Assembly: GCA_012511175.1 (NCBI GenBank)
Contig: JAAZGO010000027.1
Coordinates: 7,974 to 71,973, forward strand
Direction: 5' to 3'
DNA length: 64,000 nt
Source: Fastidiosipila sp.
GTDB lineage: Bacteria; Bacillota; Clostridia; Saccharofermentanales; DTU023
A model generated the notes under the pieces. That model worked only from the letters and a program-made list of their open reading frames with translations. It made no database searches and was not told the DNA's origin. Positions within the stretch are counted from its first letter, which is position 1, and each line of letters opens with the position of its first letter. A program made the translations under genes and the position numbers. This document shows, piece after piece, positions 35,017 to 44,439 of the stretch.

Positions 35017-37044
35017 TTATAGCACGAGCAGGGCCAGCCTGTAGGCAAGCCAGGCAATCACCCAGGCAAAACCTGTCTGGTAGAAAACAATCAACATGAA
35101 ACCTCCGCGTTTGAGACTGAGCTCGCGGCTCATGACGGTGACAGCCGCAGCACAGGGCGTGTAAAGGAGGATGAAAACCAGGAAGGCGATGGCAGCGGGA
35201 ACAGTGAAAAGCTGGGACAGGGCGATCTGGAGGGTCGGCGCTGTTGCCGCCGTCGCGACCGAAAGAGCACTGATGACCACTTCCTTGGCAGTGAAACCTG
35301 CGATCAGGGCACTGGTGACCGCCCAGCTGTTAAAACCAAGCGGGGCAAAAATGGGGCTGATCCAGCGGGCTGCTGTCGCCAGCATACTGGTCTCGGGGGA
35401 AGCCGCGGGGAAAAGGCGGAAATCAAAGCTTTGAAAGAACCAGATAATCAGGGTGACCAGCATGATAATGGTAAATGCCCGGTAGAAAAATTCCTTGGCA
35501 TGGCGCCAAACCAGCTTGCCAAGCGAGATCAGGGAGGGAAAGCGGTAAAGGGGCAGCTCCAGAATAAAGGGGGAGGGTTCGCCTTTGAAGAGGGTCCGGC
35601 GGAGCGCCAGTGCGGTGACAATGGCCAACAGCATTCCCAGGACGTAGAGCCCGAGCACCACCAGGGTAACCCGGCCAGGAAATAATGTTCGGGCAATGAG
35701 TCCGTAAACGGGAACCTTGGCCGAGCAGCTCATGAAGGGGATCAGGAGGGTGGTCAGGTAGCGATCGCGCTTGGTCGGCAGGGTCCGGGTTGCCATTACC
35801 GCCGGTACTGAACAGCCAAAACCCAGTAGCATGGGAACCATGCTTGCGCCAGACAGGCCGATGTGGCGGAGAAGGCGATCCATCATGAAGGCGACGCGCG
35901 CCATGTAGCCGCTGTCTTCCAGGGTGGATAAGAGGAAGAAAAGCAGGAGGATCATGGGCAGGAATTCCACCACGCTGCCTACTCCTGAGAAAATGCCGTC
36001 AACGATGGCGGATTGTATAATGGGATTCATTCCCACAGATGCCATGGCCCGTCCAACCGCGTCACCGGCCAGGCCGATCAGTTCAGCGAATCCCTCGCTC
36101 AAAAAACTGCCCGGAGGTCCGAAAGTAATCCAGAAAACCGCTGCCATGATGGCGAAAAATATGGGGATGCCCAGGTATTTATGGACCAGGACGCGGTCAA
36201 GCGTCCGGCTGAAAGTCGGGACTTCCTCATAGCTGGGGTATTCGCAGACCAGCACCTTTTCTTCGATTCCGGAAATGAATTCATAGCGCATATCGGCTAC
36301 AGCAGCCCACCGGTCAGTACCGCTTTCGCGTTCAAGCTCGATGACAATGTGCTCGATCGCGTCCAATTCATTCTGGTTCAGGCCCAGCTTGGGGATGAAT
36401 AATTCATCGCTTTCCACAAGTTTGGTGGCGGCGAAACGGGGTGTAACATGAAGTTTTTCGGCGTGATCTTCAATCAGGGCGGCGATGGAGTGAATGGCGC
36501 GATGGACAGTGCCGGTGCAAAGATCGGGGTTCTTGGGCTTGACCTTGTTCTTAGCTGTTTCGACGGAGATGCGGGAGTATTCTGAAACGCCCTTGTTCTG
36601 ACTGGCAGAGATAGCGACAACAGGTATTCCCAGCTCCTGCTGGAGCTGTTCCACATCGATCTGGCGTCCCAGAGCCGGCATCTCATCAATCATGTTCAGG
36701 GCTAAGGTCATGGGGATGTCCAACTCAATCAGCTGGAGGGTCAGATAGAGCCCCCGTTCCAAGCTGGTGGCGTCGACAATATTCATGATCAGGTCCGGCT
36801 TTTCCTCGATCAAAAAATCCCGGCTGATGATTTCTTCCGGAGAGTAGGGGGAGAGGGAGTAAATGCCGGGGAGATCGACAATGGTGCATTCCGGATGGTT
36901 TCGTATCCGGCCCTCCACGCGCTCAACGGTCACGCCCGGGTAGTTGGACACTTGCTGGTCACTTCCGGTCAAGCGGTTGAAAAGAGTGGTTTTTCCTGAA
37001 TTTTGATTGCCCATCAGGGCAAAGATCAATTTCTCCTGCGCCAT
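35017..37044 (-). CDS. feoB: Ferrous iron transporter FeoB
   Basis: G-domain 'GNQNSGKTTLFNRLTG' and 'DLPGIYSL', followed by a polytopic membrane domain. Start placed at the ATG at 37044 (MAQEKLIFAL) after a GAAGGTGG RBS. Confidence 0.95.
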   Translation of the reverse strand: MAQEKLIFALMGNQNSGKTTLFNRLTGSDQQVSNYPGVTVERVEGRIRNHPECTIVDLPGIYSLSPYSPEEIISRDFLIEEKPDLIMNIVDATSLERGLYLTLQLIELDIPMTLALNMIDEMPALGRQIDVEQLQQELGIPVVAISASQNKGVSEYSRISVETAKNKVKPKNPDLCTGTVHRAIHSIAALIEDHAEKLHVTPRFAATKLVESDELFIPKLGLNQNELDAIEHIVIELERESGTDRWAAVADMRYEFISGIEEKVLVCEYPSYEEVPTFSRTLDRVLVHKYLGIPIFFAIMAAVFWITFGPPGSFLSEGFAELIGLAGDAVGRAMASVGMNPIIQSAIVDGIFSGVGSVVEFLPMILLLFFLLSTLEDSGYMARVAFMMDRLLRHIGLSGASMVPMLLGFGCSVPAVMATRTLPTKRDRYLTTLLIPFMSCSAKVPVYGLIARTLFPGRVTLVVLGLYVLGMLLAIVTALALRRTLFKGEPSPFILELPLYRFPSLISLGKLVWRHAKEFFYRAFTIIMLVTLIIWFFQSFDFRLFPAASPETSMLATAARWISPIFAPLGFNSWAVTSALIAGFTAKEVVISALSVATAATAPTLQIALSQLFTVPAAIAFLVFILLYTPCAAAVTVMSRELSLKRGGFMLIVFYQTGFAWVIAWLAYRLALLVL

Positions 37045-37379
37045 CGCCACCTTCTTTTCCTCCGTCCCCCTTCGCTGCGGATACAGGCGGGGTCTCCCGG
37101 CCAGCATCCGGGTGCTCGATAAGCGCAGGCGCGTGTACAGGTATCGGTACAAAAGGTGAGCGGTTCGATCTCGATGTCCCTGGCTGATTCCCGCCGCAGG
37201 GACAGTCTATAACCGCGCAGGCAGAGCTGCATGGGATCTCCCAGGGGAGCCATGCGGACCAACTTGACAATGGTTCCGGGCGTCAGCCCCATGTCAAGCA
37301 GCCGGCGCCTCAATTCGCCGTTTCCGTGGATGCGGACGATACGGGCACATTGATCGATGGTTAATTCGTGAAGGAACAT
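37026..37379 (-). CDS. feoA: FeoA-family protein with C-terminal Cys/Arg-rich extension
   Basis: The FeoA SH3-like core is 'LTIDQCARIVRIHGNGELRRRLLDMGLTPGTIVKLVRMAPLGDPMQLCLRGYRLSLRRESARDIEIE'. The ORF continues about 45 aa beyond the usual end and overlaps the feoB start by 19 nt. Confidence 0.82.
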   Translation of the reverse strand: MFLHELTIDQCARIVRIHGNGELRRRLLDMGLTPGTIVKLVRMAPLGDPMQLCLRGYRLSLRRESARDIEIEPLTFCTDTCTRACAYRAPGCWPGDPACIRSEGGRRKRRWRWRRRN

Positions 37380-37419
37380 GGAAAAACTGCTCACTCCTTA
37401 AGATTCACTCGCCTTGAAA

Positions 37420-37448
37420 ATTATAGGACAAGGAGGAGGAACTGGCAA
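37420..37448 (-). promoter_or_regulatory. Sigma-A-type promoter for feoAB (TTGCCA-17 nt-TATAAT)
   Basis: On the minus strand: -35 TTGCCA (37448-37443), exact 17-nt spacer, consensus -10 TATAAT (37425-37420). It lies about 40 nt upstream of the feoA ATG. Confidence 0.6.
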
Positions 37449-37522
37449 ACACAAAGGATGCGGCCAAGGTCTGCGACAGGCCCCTATCTTTGAATTTTTG
37501 CCACATTCAGACATAAGAGCTG

Positions 37523-37531
37523 TGATAAAAT
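37523..37531 (+). promoter_or_regulatory. Possible extended -10 promoter (TGATAAAAT) positioned for a leaderless uvrA mRNA
   Basis: The TG-n-TAAAAT element ends 7 nt before the A of the uvrA ATG (37539). There is no Shine-Dalgarno sequence in the intervening ACAATCC and no good -35 element. Confidence 0.3.
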
Positions 37532-37538
37532 ACAATCC

Positions 37539-40451
37539 ATGAAACCAGAAATTAGTGTCTATGGTGCACGTGAACATAACCTGAAAAATATTGATGTCCA
37601 TATCCCCCGAAACAAGCTGGTGGTGCTGACCGGCATTTCCGGCTCGGGTAAGTCGTCGCTGGCATTCGATACCATTTACGCCGAAGGGCAGCGCCGCTAT
37701 GTTGAGTCGCTTTCATCTTATGCCCGCCAATTTCTGGGGCAGGTGCAGAAGCCGGATGTCGATCGGATTGACGGTTTGTCGCCAGCCATTGCCATTGACC
37801 AGAAAACAACCAGCCGCAATCCGCGTTCCACCGTCGGCACGGTGACCGAAATCTACGATTACCTGCGCCTGCTCTACGCGCGCGTTGGCACACCGCATTG
37901 CCCGGTCTGCGGCAAGGAGATTGAGCGGCAGACGGTGGATCAGATCACCGATGCCATCATGTCGAGGCCTGACGGAACGCGGCTGACCCTCCTGGCACCG
38001 GTTGTGCGCGACCGCAAGGGCGAGCATGCACGTTTGCTGGAAAGGTTGCAGTCGCAGGGCTTTGTCCGGGTTCGCATCGACGGGGAAATGATGGAACTTC
38101 ATTCGGATATGGAGCTCGCCTCCAACAAAAAGCATTCGATTGAAGTGGTTGTAGACCGCCTTGTCCGGAGAGAAGGGATTGAAAACAGGTTGGCGGACTC
38201 GGTCGAAACAGCACTTGAGCTGGCAGACGACCTGGTCATTGTCCGTTTTGATGAACCGGAGGAAGCAGGAGGGGCCGGAAAGGTAAGCGAACAGATATTT
38301 TCACAGAAACTGGCCTGCACCGACTGCCAGATCAGCCTGGGCGAACTCTCACCCCGCATGTTCAGCTTCAACAATCCCTACGGGGCCTGTCCTGAATGCA
38401 CGGGGCTGGGTGAACGGACGCATTTTGCAGCCGAATTCGTTATCGGGGACCCCGATCTTTCTATCAAGGGCGGAGCGATAGACGTCACCGGCTTTCACTT
38501 TACGGATGAATCAAGCTGGTCCTACTGCCACGTAGAGGCACTGGCGGAAAAATACGGCTTTTCGCTTGAAACCCCCTGGAAAGATCTGTCTGCCAGAGCG
38601 CAGGACCTCATGCTCTTCGGCAACAATGGGGAAGAGATTGTCGTCGATACCAGCCGGACCCGCTACAACAAGGGCAGGCCCTACCACACAAGCTGGGAGG
38701 GCGTTATCCCCATCCTGGAACGCCGTTACAACGAAACGTCCTCGCCTGAAATGAAAGAATATTATCATCGCTACATGCGGGTGACTCCCTGCCCGGTCTG
38801 CCAGGGGGCCAGGCTCCGGCCTGAAGTGCTGGCGGTGACGGTTGGTGGTAAAAACATTCACCAGGTCACACATTTTTCGATCTCGGGCGCCCACGAGTTT
38901 TTCAGTTCGCTGGTCTTTCCCGCCGCAAAGGATCATATCGCGCGTCCCGTTATGCGTGAACTACTGGCCCGGCTGCACTTTCTTCTGGATGTGGGGCTCG
39001 ACTACCTGACCCTGGCACGCTCCTCAGGAACCCTGTCAGGCGGCGAGTCTCAGCGGATCAGGCTTGCGACCCAGATCGGAGCCGGTTTGACGGGCGTTCT
39101 CTACGTGCTGGATGAGCCCAGTATCGGTCTTCATCAGCGTGACAATATCCGGCTTCTCGAAACCTTGAAAAATCTGCGCGACCTGGGTAACACTGTCCTG
39201 GTGGTCGAACACGACGAGGAGACCATCTGGGAAGCCGATCATGTGATTGACATCGGCCCGGGAGCAGGCATCCATGGGGGGCGCATCGTCGCTGAGGGGA
39301 GGCCGGATGACATCGCCCGCAATGGTGACTCCATTACGGGCCAGTATCTGTCGGGGCGGAAACGAATTCCCGTCCCGCCTGTCAGACGCCCGGCCGATCA
39401 GGGTTTTCTGACCATTCGCGGAGCCCGTGAAAACAATCTCAAAAACTTTGATCTGGATCTTCCGCTTGGTGTCATGACCTGCGTAACAGGTGTGTCAGGT
39501 TCGGGCAAAAGCTCGCTGGTCAACAATATCCTGCTAAAAAAGCTGGAAAGCGAGCTTAACAGGTCCAGGCGTGTAATCGGCCGGGTTGACTCGGTTGAGG
39601 GAATCAGCCAGCTGGATAAGGTCATCGCCATCGACCAGACACCCATCGGCCGGACGCCGCGGTCGAATCCCGCGACCTACACGTCGACCTTCGATCTGAT
39701 CCGATCGCTTTTTGCTGAAACGCCGGCAGCCAAGCAGCGGGGTTACAAACCAGGCCGCTTCAGTTTCAACGTGAAGGGCGGCCGTTGCGAGGCCTGTTCG
39801 GGAAATGGGGTCAACCGGATTGAGATGCACTTTTTGCCGGATGTCTTTGTGACTTGTGACGTCTGTCACGGCAAGCGCTACAACAGGGAGACCCTTGAAG
39901 TGCTCTACAAGGGGAAAAACATCAGCGATGTTCTGGATATGACGGTCAGCGAAGCGCTTGATTTCTTCAGCAATATTCCTGCCATTACAAGAAAGCTTCA
40001 GACACTTGAGGATGTCGGGCTGGGCTACATCAAGCTGGGGCAGTCGTCGACCGAACTGTCAGGCGGCGAGGCCCAGCGGGTCAAACTGGCTTTTGAGCTT
40101 TCAAAACGGAGTACCGGCAAAACTTTGATTATCCTCGATGAACCGACAACGGGGCTTCATGCTGCCGATGTCCACCGTCTGACAGGTATTCTGCAAAGGC
40201 TGGTTTCCGCCGGTAACACAGTCATTGTCATCGAACATAATCTGGATGTCATCAAGACTGCCGATTACATTGTTGATCTGGGACCAGAAGGGGGTGACCG
40301 CGGCGGCCAGGTCATCGCGACCGGCACCCCGGAGGAAGTTGCCGCCTGTCCCGGCTCCTTCACAGGGCTCTACCTTGAATCGATTCTGAATCGGGAACTG
40401 GCTTACAGCGGCATGAAAAACAAGCCCTGTTCTTGTGAAGAGAGTGCCTGA
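37539..40451 (+). CDS. uvrA: Excinuclease ABC subunit A
   Basis: 970 aa. '[46 protein letters not shown]', two ABC modules, zinc-finger CxxC pairs, and a second Walker A '[10 protein letters not shown]'. Confidence 0.97.
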   Translation: MKPEISVYGAREHNLKNIDVHIPRNKLVVLTGISGSGKSSLAFDTIYAEGQRRYVESLSSYARQFLGQVQKPDVDRIDGLSPAIAIDQKTTSRNPRSTVGTVTEIYDYLRLLYARVGTPHCPVCGKEIERQTVDQITDAIMSRPDGTRLTLLAPVVRDRKGEHARLLERLQSQGFVRVRIDGEMMELHSDMELASNKKHSIEVVVDRLVRREGIENRLADSVETALELADDLVIVRFDEPEEAGGAGKVSEQIFSQKLACTDCQISLGELSPRMFSFNNPYGACPECTGLGERTHFAAEFVIGDPDLSIKGGAIDVTGFHFTDESSWSYCHVEALAEKYGFSLETPWKDLSARAQDLMLFGNNGEEIVVDTSRTRYNKGRPYHTSWEGVIPILERRYNETSSPEMKEYYHRYMRVTPCPVCQGARLRPEVLAVTVGGKNIHQVTHFSISGAHEFFSSLVFPAAKDHIARPVMRELLARLHFLLDVGLDYLTLARSSGTLSGGESQRIRLATQIGAGLTGVLYVLDEPSIGLHQRDNIRLLETLKNLRDLGNTVLVVEHDEETIWEADHVIDIGPGAGIHGGRIVAEGRPDDIARNGDSITGQYLSGRKRIPVPPVRRPADQGFLTIRGARENNLKNFDLDLPLGVMTCVTGVSGSGKSSLVNNILLKKLESELNRSRRVIGRVDSVEGISQLDKVIAIDQTPIGRTPRSNPATYTSTFDLIRSLFAETPAAKQRGYKPGRFSFNVKGGRCEACSGNGVNRIEMHFLPDVFVTCDVCHGKRYNRETLEVLYKGKNISDVLDMTVSEALDFFSNIPAITRKLQTLEDVGLGYIKLGQSSTELSGGEAQRVKLAFELSKRSTGKTLIILDEPTTGLHAADVHRLTGILQRLVSAGNTVIVIEHNLDVIKTADYIVDLGPEGGDRGGQVIATGTPEEVAACPGSFTGLYLESILNRELAYSGMKNKPCSCEESA

Positions 40452-40497
40452 TCCCTTATGATAGACATGGGAGTATTTTAACAGGAAACAAAAATAA

Positions 40498-43071
40498 ATG
40501 AGTAAGTGTTCAATTTGCAATAAAAATGAAGCGGCCATTTTCACGACCCGCTATGAGGACGGCCAGGCGCGCATGGATGGAATTTGCCTGAAATGCGCAT
40601 TTGAGTCTGATCTTCCCGGCCTTGATCAGCTCTTTTCCCGGGCCGGCATCACCGAAGATAACATTGATGAGATCACAGCCCGGATGAACGAGGTCCTGGC
40701 CGGCATATCCGCGAAGAATCCCGAAGATTTGCTCAAGGGTTTGCTTTCAAGTGATTTCACCAATATTTCATCCCTTGCGGGACTGCCTTTCGCAGAGGGC
40801 CTGTTTGAAAAATCGGAAGCCGATGAATCCGATGAGGCTGATGAAAGTACCGACGACAAGAAAGCCCGTGAGGAGGGGCCATCTTTGCGGCCGCACGCCT
40901 CCATCGGTGAGCTGATGCCTGCCAGCATCGGCGAACCGGATGAGCTGTCAGGCTACCGGCGAATGACGCCCGGAAGAAAAAAGGCGCGCGACAAAAAAGA
41001 ACGAAAGCGCAAATTCCTGGAACAGTTCGCTATCAATTTGACAGAAGAAGCTGCCGCCGGCAGGATCGACCGGATCATCGGGCGTGAAGAGGAGTTGGCG
41101 CGGACCATCCAGATCCTGAACCGGAGAACAAAAAACAATCCCGCCCTGATCGGCGAAGCCGGCGTTGGCAAGACAGCCATTGCCGAGGGGCTGGCGGTCC
41201 GGATCGCTGAAAGCAGAGTTCCCGCCAAGCTGCTCGACCAGGAACTCTTCCTCCTTGACATGACGGCCATGGTCGCAGGGACCCAGTTCCGCGGCCAGTT
41301 CGAGAGCCGGATGAAAGGGGTGGTGGACGATGCCAGACGGTCGGGAAACATCATCCTGGTTATTGATGAACTGCATAATATTATGGGTGCGGGCGATGCG
41401 GAAGGGGCCATGAATGCTGCCAATATCCTGAAACCCGCCCTGGCGCGGGGGGAGATCCGGGTCATCGGGTCAACAACTCTTGACGAGTACCGGCGCTTCA
41501 TCGAAAAGGATTCCGCCCTGGAGCGCCGTTTCCAGAAGGTCATGATCGATGAGCCGTCCGAGGAACTCACCCTCCGGATCCTTCTGGGTGTCAAAGATTA
41601 TTATGAAAAACACCATCACGTGATTTTCCCCCTCCCGGTGCTGGAGGCAGCCGTCAAGCTTTCAAACCGTTACATCATGGACCGTTACCAGCCTGACAAG
41701 GCCATTGACCTGATCGACGAGGCGGGGTCCAGGCAAAACCTTGATTCGGAGTGCCTGACCGTTTTGAAACATTTGAAGGACAGGTACCAGGAAGTGATCG
41801 AACTCTGCGAGGAAAAAGAAAGTGAAGTCTCTGAACAGTCCCTGTCTGACGATGCCCTGCGCCACTATGAAATCCTCCAGGATTTGCGTTCGGAACAGCT
41901 GCGCCTTGAGACAGAGATTGCGGGGGTTGAGGAGGTATGCCAGCCTGTAGAGATCACCGAACAGGATATTGCGGGCGTGGTGGAGATGTGGACGGGTATT
42001 CCGGTCCAAAAACTCACCCGATCTGAATCGGACCGGCTGCTCAATTTGGAAGAGGAGCTTCATCGCCGCGTTATTGGCCAGGATCAGGCCATCAACGCCC
42101 TGGCGCGCGCTGTCAGGCGCACACGGGCGGGTTTCGCGCCCAAACGCAAACCTGCTTCATTCTTGTTTGTCGGCCCGACAGGCGTCGGAAAGACAGAACT
42201 GGTCAAGAGCCTGGCGGAGACCCTGTTCGACACGGAGGACAGTCTTGTCAGACTCGATATGTCCGAATTCATGGAGGCACATACTGTCAGCAAACTGATC
42301 GGATCACCACCCGGTTACATTGGCTACGATGACGGCGGGCAACTGACAGAAAAGATCAGGCGTAAACCTTACAGCGTGGTACTCTTCGACGAAATTGAAA
42401 AGGCTCACGCCGATGTCTACAACATGCTGCTGCAAATCCTGGATGACGGGCGGCTGACAGACAGCCACGGCCGGGTAGTCAATTTCGAAAATACCATTAT
42501 TGTCATGACTTCGAATGCAGGAACAACACTCAAATCGCACGGGATCGGATTCGGCGCCCAAGGTCACCAGGCCATGGAGGAGCGTGTTGATACTGTTCTG
42601 AAAGAGCTTTTCCGGCCCGAATTCCTCAACCGGATTGACGAAGTGATCGTCTTCCATGAACTGTCGAAAGAGGAGATCCGGGAAATTGTCGACCTGATGC
42701 TGAAAGACCCGAAAAAGTCGCTTGAACAGCGGGGCATTGAGCTGATCGTGGAGGCAGCGGCACGCGAAGCCCTGGCAGAGGAAGGTTATGATCCCAAGTT
42801 CGGTGCAAGGCCCCTGCGCAGGATGATTCAGCGCCGCATCGAAGATACATTGGCTGATCTTTGGCTGACTCATGAGATTACCTCAGCGACTCAGGTGATC
42901 GTTGATGTGGCGCCTGAGGGGAGCAAGGCCCATGAAAAGGGCAGTGGTACCGCCGTTGATGGCAGCGGATGCTACCTTTTCCGCTGGATGGGCGGTGAGC
43001 GTATCGACTGTGGGCAAAAGAGCGCAGAGGACGAATCGGACCGTGATGAGAAGAGCACAGCTGAAGTTTGA
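40498..43071 (+). CDS. ClpA/ClpC-family double-ring AAA+ unfoldase with N-terminal C4 zinc ribbon in place of the Clp_N domain
   Basis: The N-terminus 'CSICNK...x21...CLKCA' is followed by an acidic linker. D1 has 'IGEAGVGKTAIAEGLA' and 'LVIDELHNI'; a short coiled-coil M region follows; D2 has 'VGPTGVGKTELVKSLA' and 'VLFDEIEKAH'. The ClpP-docking tripeptide appears in 'SHGIGFGA'. No 'GTEHLLL'-type Clp_N repeats. Confidence 0.88.
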   Translation: MSKCSICNKNEAAIFTTRYEDGQARMDGICLKCAFESDLPGLDQLFSRAGITEDNIDEITARMNEVLAGISAKNPEDLLKGLLSSDFTNISSLAGLPFAEGLFEKSEADESDEADESTDDKKAREEGPSLRPHASIGELMPASIGEPDELSGYRRMTPGRKKARDKKERKRKFLEQFAINLTEEAAAGRIDRIIGREEELARTIQILNRRTKNNPALIGEAGVGKTAIAEGLAVRIAESRVPAKLLDQELFLLDMTAMVAGTQFRGQFESRMKGVVDDARRSGNIILVIDELHNIMGAGDAEGAMNAANILKPALARGEIRVIGSTTLDEYRRFIEKDSALERRFQKVMIDEPSEELTLRILLGVKDYYEKHHHVIFPLPVLEAAVKLSNRYIMDRYQPDKAIDLIDEAGSRQNLDSECLTVLKHLKDRYQEVIELCEEKESEVSEQSLSDDALRHYEILQDLRSEQLRLETEIAGVEEVCQPVEITEQDIAGVVEMWTGIPVQKLTRSESDRLLNLEEELHRRVIGQDQAINALARAVRRTRAGFAPKRKPASFLFVGPTGVGKTELVKSLAETLFDTEDSLVRLDMSEFMEAHTVSKLIGSPPGYIGYDDGGQLTEKIRRKPYSVVLFDEIEKAHADVYNMLLQILDDGRLTDSHGRVVNFENTIIVMTSNAGTTLKSHGIGFGAQGHQAMEERVDTVLKELFRPEFLNRIDEVIVFHELSKEEIREIVDLMLKDPKKSLEQRGIELIVEAAAREALAEEGYDPKFGARPLRRMIQRRIEDTLADLWLTHEITSATQVIVDVAPEGSKAHEKGSGTAVDGSGCYLFRWMGGERIDCGQKSAEDESDRDEKSTAEV

Positions 43072-44041
43072 TGCCCGCAGACATTTGTCAGGCAAATACG
43101 GCGACGCCCTCGGCGTCGCTGTTGTGACATCCCTGATTGCCGGCGCCCTTTCCCTGGCCCTCACTTTGGGAAACAGGTGGTTTATGCCGGATCTTAAACT
43201 GCCTTTTGTGAATGGTTTGGATGGTTTGGGCGGCAAGGGGCCGGCTCTCGGGGACTTATTTCAATGGATGGACGACTACCTGGCCCGTATCCGCCAAGCC
43301 TGGCCCCTGATCGCCCTGGGTATCCTGATCACCCTGTCAGCCACAGCGCTCTATCGGATTTTTGTGGGCAATGTGATTTCAGTCGGGCGCGAGCGCTGGT
43401 ATTTGCGGGCGGCCCATAACGATGTGGCACCGCCTTTTTCCATCATGTTCACCCTTTTCCGCCGGGGCCAGTATGGTAAAACAGTGGGGGGAATGTTCTG
43501 GGTCTCGGTATGGCTTTTTATTTGGTCGTCCATCCCGGCTGCGATTTTTATTTTGGGGCTTCTTCCCAGTCAACTGGTTTACTTACATGCTTTTCTGAAC
43601 CGGACGACGCCGACTCAAGGCTTGGTTCTTCGCCTGGCAAAGCAGTACGGCCTGCCCCTCTTTTTTTTCAGCCTTCCCATGATTGCCGTCTCGCTGCTGC
43701 TTGCCATGGTCATGACAGTGGTCCTGATCAGGAAACGATACAGCTACCGGCTGGTTCCTTATCTACTGGCAGATAATCCCTCTTTGGGAGGAAGGCGCGC
43801 ACTTTCACTTTCCAAGGCCATGACCCGGGGCAGCCTCTGGAGACTTTTCTTGCTTGACCTGTCTTTCATGGGATGGATCCTGCTTTGCCTGATGTGCATC
43901 TGTTTTCCCTGGGTCACCCTTCATCTTTTTGCGCCCTATTATTTCATGACCTGGGCAGAGGCCTACAAAATGCTGCGTGACCAGGCTTCCATGCGGGGCC
44001 TGGTTCGAATGGAAGAGTTGGGGTATGTGCGGGTGTCTTGA
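43046..44041 (+). CDS. DUF975-family polytopic membrane protein
   Basis: The N-terminus 'MRRAQLKFDARRHLSGKYGDALGVAVVTSLI' is typical of DUF975; about 6 TM helices. Start placed at the ATG at 43046, overlapping the clpC-like end by 26 nt. Confidence 0.72.
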   Translation: MRRAQLKFDARRHLSGKYGDALGVAVVTSLIAGALSLALTLGNRWFMPDLKLPFVNGLDGLGGKGPALGDLFQWMDDYLARIRQAWPLIALGILITLSATALYRIFVGNVISVGRERWYLRAAHNDVAPPFSIMFTLFRRGQYGKTVGGMFWVSVWLFIWSSIPAAIFILGLLPSQLVYLHAFLNRTTPTQGLVLRLAKQYGLPLFFFSLPMIAVSLLLAMVMTVVLIRKRYSYRLVPYLLADNPSLGGRRALSLSKAMTRGSLWRLFLLDLSFMGWILLCLMCICFPWVTLHLFAPYYFMTWAEAYKMLRDQASMRGLVRMEELGYVRVS

Positions 44042-44052
44042 GGAGGTGGGCG

Positions 44053-44436
44053 GTGTCTGCGGCTGAGTCGGGGAGAACGCTGATCTTTTTGTTGCAAACC
44101 CTGGCGCTGCTGGCTGTTCTTACGGCGGCTGTGGCCCTGGCGCGCTACTGCATTGAAAAACGGGTCAGGGCTTCCATGTTACGGCATGCCGGCAGCCTGG
44201 TTGGCAAGCGGGCCCTGGTCGTTTCAGACCTTCGCGCCGGCATCGCCGGCCTGATCCGGCCGCTGGGACCTGAATTTGACGAAAAAGGAGCGGGCCCCGC
44301 AAGAACCGGGAATATGCCAGCGCGGGGTGCTTACCCCGCGATTTCCAACCAGTTGATTTCGCGCGGACGTGTCGTGCGGGTGACAGGGGGTGATGAAGAC
44401 GGCTATCTCGTGCAGCCGCTTGAAAAGGAAAGATGA
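44053..44436 (+). CDS. NfeD-like membrane-anchored OB-fold protein
   Basis: One N-terminal TM helix, then 'LVGKRALVVSDLRAGIAGLI...ISRGRVVRVTGGDEDGYLVQPLE', which resembles the NfeD C-terminal beta-barrel. Start placed at the GTG at 44053 after a GAGGAGGTG RBS. Confidence 0.5.
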   Translation: MSAAESGRTLIFLLQTLALLAVLTAAVALARYCIEKRVRASMLRHAGSLVGKRALVVSDLRAGIAGLIRPLGPEFDEKGAGPARTGNMPARGAYPAISNQLISRGRVVRVTGGDEDGYLVQPLEKER

Positions 44437-44439
44437 GTG

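Noticed and set aside
37439-37450. A LexA (Cheo-box-like) site GAACTGGCAAAC upstream of uvrA.
   Set aside because: The second half-site AAAC matches only 1 of 4 positions of GTTC in GAAC-N4-GTTC. This is too weak to call.
37521-37537. A Fur-box-like sequence TGATAAAATACAATC in the feoA/uvrA intergenic region.
   Set aside because: Only the first half resembles TGATAAT, and the second half matches about 1 of 7 positions. It lies about 100 nt upstream of the feoA promoter, adjacent to uvrA, and is better explained as a -10 element.
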